This document shows, in pieces, positions 1 through 9,726 of a stretch of 60,988 nt of DNA. Each line of letters begins with the position of its first letter. Within the stretch, counting starts at the first letter, position 1. Below the pieces are notes generated by a model, which worked only from the letters and a program-made list of their open reading frames with translations, did no database searches and was not told where the DNA came from. The position numbers and the translations under genes were made by a program. Source of the DNA: Octopus sinensis (lineage: Eukaryota); the NCBI RefSeq assembly GCF_006345805.1, contig NW_021832141.1:1-60988 (forward strand), given 5' to 3'.

Positions 1-23
1 ATGAACTGGTCCGATGGCACAAG
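1..23 (+). CDS. RICTOR: RICTOR partial exon (ELVRWHK)
   Basis: Codons from position 3 give ELVRWHK (cf. vertebrate QLEKWHR). Donor AAG|GTTTGT at 24, phase 0, matches the next exon. Confidence 0.7.
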
Positions 24-127
24 GTTTGTAGAGCACGCTAGGCATTTGTTTCTCATCTCTCCCCTTGGTGCGTTTTTATTGTTTTTATTTATTTATCTAT
101 TAATTTTTGTTTTTGACATAATTCAGT

Positions 128-285
128 CCACTCTGTAAAGACTTTGGTATAAGGAAGGGCATCCGGCCATAGAAGCCATGCCAAAACGGCCATCATGGAG
201 CCTGGGCAGGTCTTCAGATGGTCAGCGCCTGTCAAACCATCCAACCCCATGCTCCAGCATGGGAAATGGATGTTAGACGACGACG

Positions 286-292
<7 letters not shown>
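128..292 (+). mobile_element. RTE-associated 3' terminal fragment
   Basis: AGGAAGGGCATCCGGCC...CCATGCT...GTTAGACGACGAC. Related fragments at 6662-6760(-), 8444-8795(-), 12150-12480(-), 18040-18222(+), 18404-18951(-), 29200-30240(-), 35830-35990(-), 50140-50385(+). Confidence 0.6.
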
Positions 293-316
<24 letters not shown>

Positions 317-671
317 CTTCCTCCTCTCCTCCTCTTCTTCTTCTTCTTCCTCCTCCTCTCTTCCCTTCTTTTCTTCCCCTCCTCTCCTATTCTGTCTTCT
401 TCTATCTCCTCCTCTTCTTCTTCTTCCTCTCCTCCCCTTCTCTTCTTCTTCCTCCTCCTCTCCTCCTCTTCTTCCTCTTCCTCTCCTCCTCCTCTTCTTC
501 TTCTTCCTCCTCCTCCTCCTCTCCTCCTCTTCTTCTTCCTCCTCCTCCTCCTCTCCTCCTCTTCTTCTTCCTCCTCCTCCTCCTCCGCTCCTCCTCTTCT
601 TCTTCTTCCTCTCCTCCTCTTCTTCTTCCTCCTCCTCCTCCTCTCCTCCTCTTCCCTCTCCTCCTCCTCTT

Positions 672-700
<29 letters not shown>
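285..700. repeat. (CTT/CCT)n homopyrimidine tract
   Basis: Directly visible; similar tracts at 1030-1790 (C/T-rich minisatellite) and 16830-17272. Confidence 0.95.
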
Positions 701-702
<2 letters not shown>

Positions 703-746
703 ATTATTATTATAAACCCACTCTTTTGTTTGCCATTCTTCCGCAG

Positions 747-853
747 TCATTCAACGCGCGTTATGTGAAAATTGTCGAGGAGCTCCTGAACGAGGCCCTC
801 ACCACCTACGAACGGACATACGAGGGTTCGTTTGCCAGGCGTACCAGTAAGAA
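747..853 (+). CDS. RICTOR: RICTOR exon (SFNARYVKIVEELLNEALTTYERTYEGSFARRTSK)
   Basis: Acceptor ttccgcag, donor AA|GTAAGT at 854 (phase 2); conserved EELLNEALTTY. Confidence 0.92.
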
Positions 854-2132
854 GTAAGTAACGACCAGAGTTTGTTCTTTCCTTTTCTCTTTCTGTCTGT
901 CTGTCTGTTTGTCTTCTCAGTTTCTTATTATCCTCTCTCCTCTCTCTCTTTTTCCCTCCTCCTCTTTCTCTCTCTCTTGCTTTAATCTCTTCTCTCTTAT
1001 GTCCTCTATCCCTTGTGTGTCATTGTCCCTCTCTCTCTCTCTCTCTCTCTCTCTTCCCTCTCTCCTGCCCCTTGTCTCCTTATTCCCTCTCTCCACCCCA
1101 CCCCTCACTACACTCCTCTCTCCTGCCCCTTCTCTCCTCATTCCCTCTCTCCACCCCACCCCTCACTGCACCCTCTACCCCTCCTTCTCTCTTCTGCCCC
1201 TCTCTCCTCATTCCCTCTCTCCACCACACCTCTCACCGTACACCTCTCTTCCCTCTCTCCTACCCCTTCTCTCCTCATTTCCTCTCTCCACCCCACCCAT
1301 CACTGCATCCCTCTCTTCCCTCTCTCCTGCCCCTTCTCTCCTCATTTCCTCTCTCCACCCCACCCATCACTGCATCCCTCTCTTCCTCTCTCCTGCCCCT
1401 TCTCTCCTCATTCCCTCTCTCCACCCCACCCCTCACTGCACACCTCTCTTCCCTCTCTCCTGCCCCTTCTCTCCTCATTCCCTCTCTCCACCCCACCCCT
1501 CTCTCCACCCCACCCCTCTCTTCCCTCTCTCCTGCCCCTTCTCTCCTCATTCCCTCTCTTCACCCCACCCCTCTCTTCCCTCTCTCCTGCCCCTTCTCTC
1601 CTCATTCCCTCTCTCCACCCCCACCTCTCACTGCACCCCTCTCTCCCCACTCCATCTCTCCTTCCCCTTTTGCACCTTTCTTGCTGCACCCCTATCTCTA
1701 CCCCTCTCTCCCCACCCCTCTCTCTACCTCCTTTCCCCACTCCCTCTCTCCCCACCCTTCCCTCTGCACCCTCCTCTCTACCCACCTCTCTCCAAAACTG
1801 ACCTCACCCATGACAGTGCCACATAAGAAACACTCAGTCCATTCTGTAGGGTCTTTGGCATTTAGGAAGGGTACCCAGCTGTAAAAAACTGCAGAGTGAA
1901 CTGCAGATTCAAGACAAGTTGATCCCTGAACACAAGGAAGGCACCTCACTGATGATTGTGTTGCAAAAAGGGTTTGTAGTAGGGGCTGTGTCCAAGGGGG
2001 TCATGTCACAGATAGTAAATTTTTGCCTGACCACTCTCTCTCTCTCTCTGTGGTAGGGTGTTAAGGGTTTAGTGACTTTTGTGTTGTCAAGGACTAAACT
2101 GTTTTTCCTCATCTCCCGATCTCTTGTTGCAG

Positions 2133-2220
2133 GTGTCCACGTAAAGACGTCTACCTCCCTATCCACTTATATGGACAATTGACCCAACACAAACAGGGCT
2201 TTCAGCTACTCAAATCTCAG
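2133..2220 (+). CDS. RICTOR: RICTOR exon (CPRKDVYLPIHLYGQLTQHKQGFQLLKSQ)
   Basis: Acceptor ttgttgcag, donor CAG|GTAAGA; conserved VYLPIHLYGQL. Confidence 0.93.
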
Positions 2221-2375
2221 GTAAGACAGTCTGTTAAAAATGGCAGCGGTACTGCTGCTGCTAGTAATAATAATAATAATAATAATAATGATAATAATAA
2301 TGATAATAATAATAATGATAATAATAATAATAATAATAATATAAATAATAATATAAATAATAATAATATAAATAA

Positions 2376-2406
<31 letters not shown>

Positions 2407-2454
2407 AATATAAATAATAATTATAATAATAATAATAATAATTGCTAATAATAA

Positions 2455-2755
2455 TGATTGCTACCTAACTCAGATACCAGGAAACCCCAAAATGGCAGAA
2501 ATTCAAAAGATAGTGCTCATGGGAACTGCTCATATCCTATGCAAAATACTTTCTATGTAACCTCAAGTTTTAAAACAAACAATTTCCGTTTTTTTTTTTA
2601 GGCATTCACTAGTACAACACTAAATACAAAACCAAATATATGGCACACTAGGCATAACAGCAACATGAACTTCCAACCTGTTGTCTCTTGAGGTCTCTGG
2701 GTGAGACTTGGAGCCAACTTGTACAGACATAAAGCAAAAGTCAAACATAGAATAA
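2455..2755 (+). mobile_element. 3' end of an RLE-type (R4/HERO-like) non-LTR retrotransposon
   Basis: Frame ...QIPGNPKMAEIQKIVLMGTAHILCKILSM* (stop 2558-60) resembles the QK..L.GTA.IL.K.L C-terminus of RLE elements. A 3' UTR and (AAT)n tail follow. Confidence 0.6.
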
Positions 2756-2834
2756 TAATAATAATCATCATCATCATCATCATCATCATAATAATAATAA
2801 TAATAATAATAATAATGTTTACTTACTGTTTCAG

Positions 2835-2927
2835 GATTGTATCCAAGAATATTTCCGTTGTATCAAGTACCAGGTGCTCAACACAGATACTGATCTAATT
2901 CAGTTGAAATCTGCTCTTTGGGCTGTG
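2835..2927 (+). CDS. RICTOR: RICTOR exon (DCIQEYFRCIKYQVLNTDTDLIQLKSALWAV)
   Basis: Acceptor gtttcag, donor GTG|GTTAGT, 93 nt, phase 0/0; LKSALWAV matches vertebrate LKASLWAL. Not represented in the ORF track. Confidence 0.9.
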
Positions 2928-3340
2928 GTTAGTATTCGTTTAGCATTTCAATCTTTCAGTGTGTGTGTTTAGGGGCTTATGGTGTGTTTAAGGGCTTAGG
3001 GGCTTATGTGCATATGTGGGTGTATGTATGTAGATGTTTGTAGTTGTGTTGTTATAAATCCTTAAATCCTTAAAATTGTTTTAGCCCGAAGGCCGCGGCC
3101 ATGCTGGGGCACCACCGCTGTATGTATGTGCCTCTTTTATGTCTCTCTCTCAGTTTTCAGCAAAGCAGGGGCTGGATATCCTTTCACCATTATCCACACT
3201 GCCCTTACCTGGGCATGATCTGTGGACTGTGCCTCTGCTCTTTCTCCTCGCACCTGCCCCCATCCTTACCCGTCTCCCGTTTCCCCACACCTACCACTCT
3301 CCACCCTGTCCCTAGTGAAGGCACATGGCTCAGTGGTATA

Positions 3341-3572
3341 AGGCGGCAAGCTGGCAGAAACGTTAGCACACCGGGTGAAATGCGTAGCCGTATTTCGTCT
3401 GCCGTTACGTTCTGAGTTCAAATTCCGCCGAGGTCGACTTTGCCTTTCATCCTTTCGGGGTCGATAAATTAAGTACCAGTTACGCACTGGGGTCGATATA
3501 ATTGACTTAATCCGTTTGTCTGTCCTTGTTTATCCTCTCTATGTTTAGCCCCTTGTGGGCAGTAAAGAAGCA
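3341..3572 (+). mobile_element. tRNA-derived SINE family B
   Basis: GGCGGCGAGCTGGCAGAA head, GAGTTCAAATTC B-box, CTTTCATCCTTTCGGGGTCGAT..AAGTACCAG domain, AATAAAGAAATA tail. Other copies at 21200-21432(+), 29757-29990(+), 30693-30920(+), 32210-32620(+), 33449-34222(+), 45235-45370(-), 47733-47965(+), 54684-54915(-). Confidence 0.85.
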
Positions 3573-3574
3573 GG

Positions 3575-3880
3575 TATGAGCGTCGAGCTTACGACTGTGA
3601 GGTTGTGAGCTCGAATCCCGGACCGGGCTGGGCTGCGTGTTGTGTTCTTGAGCAAGACACTTTATTTCACGTTGCTCCAGTTCACTCAGCCTTAGAAATG
3701 AGTTGCAGTGTCACAGGTGCCAAGCTGTATCTGCCCCTTTGCCTTTCCCTTGGATAACACTGGTGGCGTGGAGAGAGGAGGCCGGTATGCATGGGCGACT
3801 GCTGATCTTCCATAAACAACCTTGCCCGGACTTGTGTCTACGAGGGTAACTTTCTAGGTGCAATCCGTTGGTCATTTGTG
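3575..3880 (+). mobile_element. further tRNA-derived SINE (5'-truncated)
   Basis: B-box-like GAGCTCGAATCCC followed by CTTGAGCAAGACACTT domain; abuts the SINE B tail. Confidence 0.5.
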
Positions 3881-3895
3881 ATCAAAGGGGTCTCC

Positions 3896-3933
<38 letters not shown>

Positions 3934-3988
3934 TATTAGAAGGTTTGGAGGTGATGTACAGGTATTGTATATAAGATAAAATACGGCA

Positions 3989-4164
3989 CTCAGAAATCTT
4001 GATGGTTTTATATTTACAGATTTTTATTGATATGTGACGTGTTTTTATAAATCCAATAATAGCGCTTGCATCCACTCTAGTGGATTCTTCAGATTTATAT
4101 GATTTATAAAAACATGTGACATATTAATAAAAATCTGTAATGTACAACCATCCAGATTTCTGAG
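3989..4164. repeat. imperfect palindrome (about 65-bp arms)
   Basis: ctcagaaatcttgatggtt...ttataaatc is mirrored by gatttataaaaac...aaccatccagatttctgag. Confidence 0.7.
4055..4096 (-). ncRNA. degenerate hammerhead motif in a palindrome loop
   Basis: Minus strand reads CTGAAGA-atccac-taga-gtggat-GCAA-gcgc-TA; GAAA has become GCAA and stem I is poor. Confidence 0.4.
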
Positions 4165-4193
4165 AACCTTATTTTTTCTAACATATATATATA

Positions 4194-4224
<31 letters not shown>

Positions 4225-4312
4225 GTTGAAATTTATGGAAAACAAAAGATGAAGACAGGTGTATAAACAACAAGCAGGTGTATTAGTTTGACGCTCGGAA
4301 AGGTGAGAAAGT

Positions 4313-4348
4313 CTTTTACATTTCGAGTCTATGCTCTTCATCAGAAAG
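4313..4348 (-). ncRNA. minimal hammerhead motif (degenerate)
   Basis: Minus strand reads cttt-CTGATGA-a-gag-cataga-ctc-GAAA-tgt-A-aaag. Confidence 0.55.
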
Positions 4349-4478
4349 GAACACAACGAAATAAACAAATAAACAGAGAGAGAATAAAAGAAATTTGTGG
4401 ATTTTAGCGATCAATATATATACATATATATATATATATTAAGTATAGGAAAGAATGGAGCTGAACGAAGATTTAACA

Positions 4479-4589
4479 AAGTTCCTTTATTTTATTTTCG
4501 ACATATTTTTCGAAGTCTGCAAAATCCCTAATTCCGAATGAATAAGGAGTCCACTATGCAGCTTTCTCTTCAGGAAAAACCAGGAACTT
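4479..4589 (-). ncRNA. hammerhead ribozyme, inverted copy with a stem III mismatch
   Basis: Mirror of 4678-4788. Core CTGAAGA...GAAA is present, but it reads GAAAaatatGTC, so the C15.2-G16.2 pair is lost. Confidence 0.7.
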
Positions 4590-4677
4590 AATTCTCCAAC
4601 AAAATGCACAACAAGTTTTTCGATGACTTAAGAATTAAGTTTGTTGAAAAACTTGTTGTGCATTTTGTTGGAGAATT

Positions 4678-4788
4678 AAGTTCCTGGTTTTTCCTGAAGA
4701 GAAAGCTGCATAATGGACTCCTTATTCACTCGGAATTAGGGGCTTTGCAGACTTTGAAACATATGTCGAAAATAAAATAAAGGAACTT
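4678..4788 (+). ncRNA. type I hammerhead ribozyme (Penelope-type), intact core
   Basis: CTGAAGA 4694-4700, long stem II 4701-4755, GAAA 4756-59, stem III AC-atat-GT, GUC site (C4767). Stem I is TTTTC/GAAAA plus distal AAGTTCCT/AGGAACTT. Confidence 0.8.
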
Positions 4789-4986
4789 TGTTAAATCTTC
4801 GTTCAGCTCCATTCTTTCCTATACTTAATATATTAAATTAAACTTCAAATTTCCGCACTAAGGCACGGATTTTATGCCCTATGGACGTAACTTCAACCGT
4901 GTTCTTTCTGTTGTGAGTTTGCTACCCAGGTATCGGTTATCTTTCGAATTATCCGTAATAAGATGATTCATTTGTCTACTTAAATA

Positions 4987-5028
<42 letters not shown>

Positions 5029-5247
5029 CACACATGCACACACACACACATGCACACACACACACACACACATGCACACACACACACACACACAGACACA
5101 CACATGTAAGCTAAAGGTAAGTGTGTGTGTTTCTGCACTCTAGTTAATCGTTGTAGGCTGTGTGTTTTTTTTTTGTATTAACCACTTATCACACGTTCAC
5201 CCTGTGCCCCCTTGTCTGATCCTGGTGTCTCTCCCTTCCATTTAAAG

Positions 5248-5354
5248 GGTCACATTGGCATGTCAACGTATGGAATCGTCTGGTTGAAGGAGGAAGGTCT
5301 GGTCACCGAAATCATCCGACTTGCTGAGGAGTGTGGCGTGTTCTCCGTGAGAGG
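5248..5354 (+). CDS. RICTOR: RICTOR exon (GHIGMSTYGIVWLKEEGLVTEIIRLAEECGVFSVRG)
   Basis: Acceptor ccatttaaag, donor GG|GTGAGT; aligns to vertebrate GNIGSSNWGLNLLQEENVIPDILKLAKQCEVLSIRG. Confidence 0.92.
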
Positions 5355-5399
5355 GTGAGTACACTATGACGCACAGACAAACCGGTGACGGTAATACCA

Positions 5400-6365
5400 T
5401 TGTCAGCATCACGATTTCATCATCATCATCATCATCATCATCGCTTTCATCATACTCCTCATCGTCGCCGTTGTTGTCATCGTAGCTATTATTTGCTGTT
5501 ATTATCTTCATCATCATCATCATCATCACTGTCATCACATTACTTATTGTCATCATCACCACCATCATCATCGTCATCATCATCAGATCGTTGTCATTTT
5601 CGTTACCATCATCAACATCACATCACTGTCATTGTCGTCATCCTCCTCCTCCTCACCCCCTCCCCTCCTCCACTTCTCCCTCCTCCTCCTCATCATCATA
5701 ATCCTTGTCATCAAATTATTGTCATTTTCATTACCATCATCATCATCGTCACCCTCACCCTCCTCTTCCTCCTCCCCATCCCCTCCTCCTCTTCTCCTCC
5801 TCATCATCATCATAATCCTCATCATTATCAAATCATTATCATTTTCATTACCATCATCATCATCATCATCACATCACTGTCATTGTCGTCATCCTCCTCT
5901 TCCTCCTCACCCCTCCTCTTCTCCTCCTCTCCCTCCTCCTCTTCATCCTCATCATCCTCATCATTATCAAATCATTATCATTTTCATTACCACCATCATC
6001 ATCATCATCATCATCATCACATCACTGTCATTGTCATCATCACCATCCTCCTCCTCCTCCTCATCATCATAATCCTTGTCATCAAATCATTGTCATTTTC
6101 ATTACCATCATCATCATCCCCCTCCTCCCCCTCCCCTCCTCCTCATCATCATCACATCATTGTCATCGTCATCATCATCATCCTCCTCATTATCATCATC
6201 ATAATTGCTGTGTCACTGTTACTTTCATCATCATCATCATCATCATAACGCTGTTATTGCCATTATCATCATCATCATAATCCTCGTCGTCATATTGCTA
6301 TTATTGTCATCATTATCATCATCATCATGTCATTTATCATCATCATCATCCTCATCATTATCATA
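5400..6365. repeat. (CAT/CCT)n compound microsatellite
   Basis: Directly visible; similar (GAT)n/(GTA)n at 35990-37610 and (CAC/CAT)n at 26980-28140. Confidence 0.9.
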
Positions 6366-6827
6366 AACCTTAGCCCCCAGATCGAACTCCCTAAGAGGGG
6401 TGAGTACACTTTGACGCACAAACTGGGCTGCTCTCCAGTTTGACGGCTCCTGTCAAATTGTCCAGTCCATGCCAGCATGGAAAACAAACTCTTTTACTCT
6501 CTTTTACTTATTACTTGTTTCAGTCATTTTGACTGTGGCCATGCTGGAGCACCGCCTTTAGTCGAGCAAATCGACCCCAGGACTTATTCTTTGGAAGCCT
6601 AGTACTTATTCTATCGGTTTCTTTTTGCCAAACTGCTAGGTTATGGGGATGTGAACAGAGAATGCATCATCATCATCATCATCGTTTTCCATGCTGCCAT
6701 GGGTTGGATGGTTCGACTGGGGGTCTGGGAAGCCAGGAGGCTGCACCAGGCTCCAATCTTAATAATCTATATATATAAAGCTCAAGTTGTCTCTGTGTAT
6801 GGCAGGTTTGGTAGCCTTCAACTAACC

Positions 6828-7510
6828 GCATGGTTCTTGGTCTCAGGCATTTGTCTTATGAAGAAAGGCTGAAGACGCTCGACCTTTATTCTCTAGAAAA
6901 ACGACGACGCTGTGGTGATCTCATTCTTGCTCACAACATCATAAGTGGAAAGTATAACCTCTTGAAAGAGCTGTTCTTCACTCCTGCTCCAGAGCGTCAG
7001 CTGCAGGGTCATTCCGAAATGCTCTATCTGCGACAATTTCATCTCAATCGAAGGAGAAGGGCTTTCTCCGTCCAGGTTGCGGATCCGTGGAATAAGCTGC
7101 CAGACGAGATAGTGAAGCTGCCGATGACCGCTCGGTTCAAAGTCTCTCTTGACCAGAAATGGCCTGAGCTCTTTGCATGAACACCCTCCCTGTACATAAC
7201 TCCAACATCATAAGCGGAAAGTGTAACCTCTTGAAAGAGCTGTTCTTCACTCCTGCTCCAGAGCGTTGGCTGCGGGGTCACTCCGAAAAGCTCTATCTGC
7301 GACGATTTCATCTCAATCGAAGGAGAGGGGCTTTCTCCGTCCGGGTTGCGGATCTGTGGAATAAGCTGCCGGACGAGATAGTGAAGATGCCGATGACCGC
7401 TCGGTTCAAAGTCTCTCTTGACCAGAAATGGCCTGAACTCTTTGCATGAACACCCTCTATGTCCCCCTACATGGCCTTGCTTTTGGCTTTTTGAGCCAAA
7501 AAATTAACTT
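6828..7510 (+). mobile_element. CR1-type LINE 3' fragment with a 269-bp internal duplication
   Basis: Peptide LSYEERLKTLDLYSLEKRRRCGDLI...RGHSEKL...FSVRVADPWNKLP is a typical CR1 RT C-terminus; the repeat starts at 6934 and 7203. Confidence 0.8.
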
Positions 7511-9305
7511 TACTATTCTATGTGGTCCTCAGGGAGATCCAGTGTAACACAGAATGTGACATTGCTGGCCCTTTGAAATACAGGTACTGTTCAATTTCGC
7601 CAGCTGATTGGACTGGGGCGGGGGGACCTGAAATAAAGCATCTTGCTCAAGGATGGAACACCCCGCCGGAAATCAAACTCACGACCTTACAATTGCGAGC
7701 TGAGTACCCTGACCACAAAGCCACTCCCCTTCACCTAATGTTAAAGCCCATGTATAAATATGCTACCTTGTATATAATACCCATCTTAATCTTTGACCCC
7801 AAATTTCCTTACAAGTGTTAATATATATCTCTATTAAGTAGATAATCTAGTGTAATCCGGTATATTAGATTTTCATATTTTGTTTAACATAAAATATATT
7901 GATATATAATACAAAATTAATGCATAAAATAATATAGCGATATTGTATTACGGTGTTTTTTTTCAAAAATAAAGTGGGAGGGGCAGTACTTTGCAAATTA
8001 ATATTGAAATTACAAGCACTCCTAATTCTCTAATTTTCATCGTAATTTTAGTGTAAAAAAAGCAGTTTATCATAAGCCAATTAGTATCAGTTTTACATGT
8101 GTATGTATATAGCTGTTTGTGTGTGGACGTGTGTACACATTCTTTGTGTGTTTACTTAAGTATGAGTCGCACTTTTTCCGCGTAGATTGAGTCACAAGTG
8201 TAACTCATTCACGTAAATTGAGTCAGAAGTGTAACTCATTCATGAATACTCTGTGTGTGTGTGTGTGTGTCTGCAAGCTGTTTACTAATTAGCTTGGATT
8301 GTGTAACTTTTACTAAAAAAAAGCAATTGTTTAAGTCTCACTGTTCTAGAAAACTCTTGTAAATTCCAATTTTAATCCTTTTTTTTTGGAATGGTGAAAC
8401 TTGAAGCATACAAAACTACTGACACTACACTAGTGGGTAAATCATCATCATCATCATCATCGTTTAACATCCGTTTTCCATGCTAGCACGGGTTGGACGG
8501 TTCGACCGGGGTCTAGGAAGCCAGGAGGCTGCACCAGGCTCCAGTCTGATCTGGCAGTGTTTCTACAGCTGGATGCTCTTCCTAACGCCAACCACTCCGT
8601 GAGTGTAGTGGGTGCTTTTTGCGTACCACGGCACAGGTGCCAGGGGAGGCTGGCAGTACTTGACTCAATAGGTTCCCTCAAGCACAGCAGGTCATGTGCC
8701 ACCGGCACAGAAGCCTGTCAAGGCGGCGCTGGCATCGGCCATGTTCGGATGGTGCTTTTTACGTGCTGCCGGAACAGGTATCACAACTACAATAGTGGGT
8801 AAATATTCAGTTAAAAAAAACTTTTTGATAGATAAATCAAAGGCTGTCATTTATGTTATATTTTTATCAAAATGTGGTTTTCAAGATTTGATTATTGAAA
8901 ATTTCATGTAGGTGCTTCAATCATATAACTAATCTTTGTTCCCTGCAACATCTTAAATCACTGGCAGGTAGCAAATCTAAAGTCTCTGTTTATATATCTG
9001 GAGATATGATGGTTGCCAAATATTTGTTTGCAATGCAACTTTCTACAAATTATAATTTTAGTCCAGCATTAACCAAATCATGTTAATCCTAGAGTTCTTT
9101 AATTTTTGTTGGGTGTTGTTGAAGAAATAAGTAGATAAGAAAAGTGGTTTTGATCTTAAATGCAGTCTTTGAGAAAATCTTTTTCTTCCAGGTTAAACTA
9201 AGTTAAGTTGAAGGACATGTATATTTGAGTTCTATATTTAAGAGATGAGGAATTATGTACATTGTTTACATTTGACGGATATTTCTCTTCATTTTGTTTG
9301 TTGTT

Positions 9306-9352
9306 AACACAATTGTTTCACCTGATATATCCTCCAGCCTTCATCAGGTGTC
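9306..9352 (-). ncRNA. degenerate minimal hammerhead motif
   Basis: Minus strand reads gacac-CTGATGA-aggctggaggatatatcaggt-GAAA-caatt-gtgtt; stem I is intact, stems II and III are damaged. Confidence 0.45.
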
Positions 9353-9726
9353 TTGGGGGAATTTTAAACCTGAGTTCTCATTCTTAACCATACATGCACA
9401 CACAAATGCACGCGCTCACACACACATGCACACACACACACACACACACTCACAATGCACACACGCACACACACACACAGGCACACACATACACACCCAC
9501 ACACACGCATACACACAGACACTCACACATACCCATGCATACGTGCACTCACATGCATACACACACATGCACACACACATTCGTGCACACATACACGCAC
9601 ACACACACACTCACACATGCATGAACACACTCATACACACTCACACACACACACATTAATTTTAATTATGAAGCCCTTAATTGCTTCCCCGAATTAATTT
9701 TTGTCTTTTTCTGTTTTCCTTTGCAG

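Larger units (their letters stand above)
4435..4832. mobile_element. palindromic (fold-back) element, Penelope-like pseudo-LTR pair
   Basis: Arms 4435-4621 and 4646-4832 (187 bp, 6 mismatches), 24-bp spacer, TA-rich flanks, one hammerhead per arm. Confidence 0.65.
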
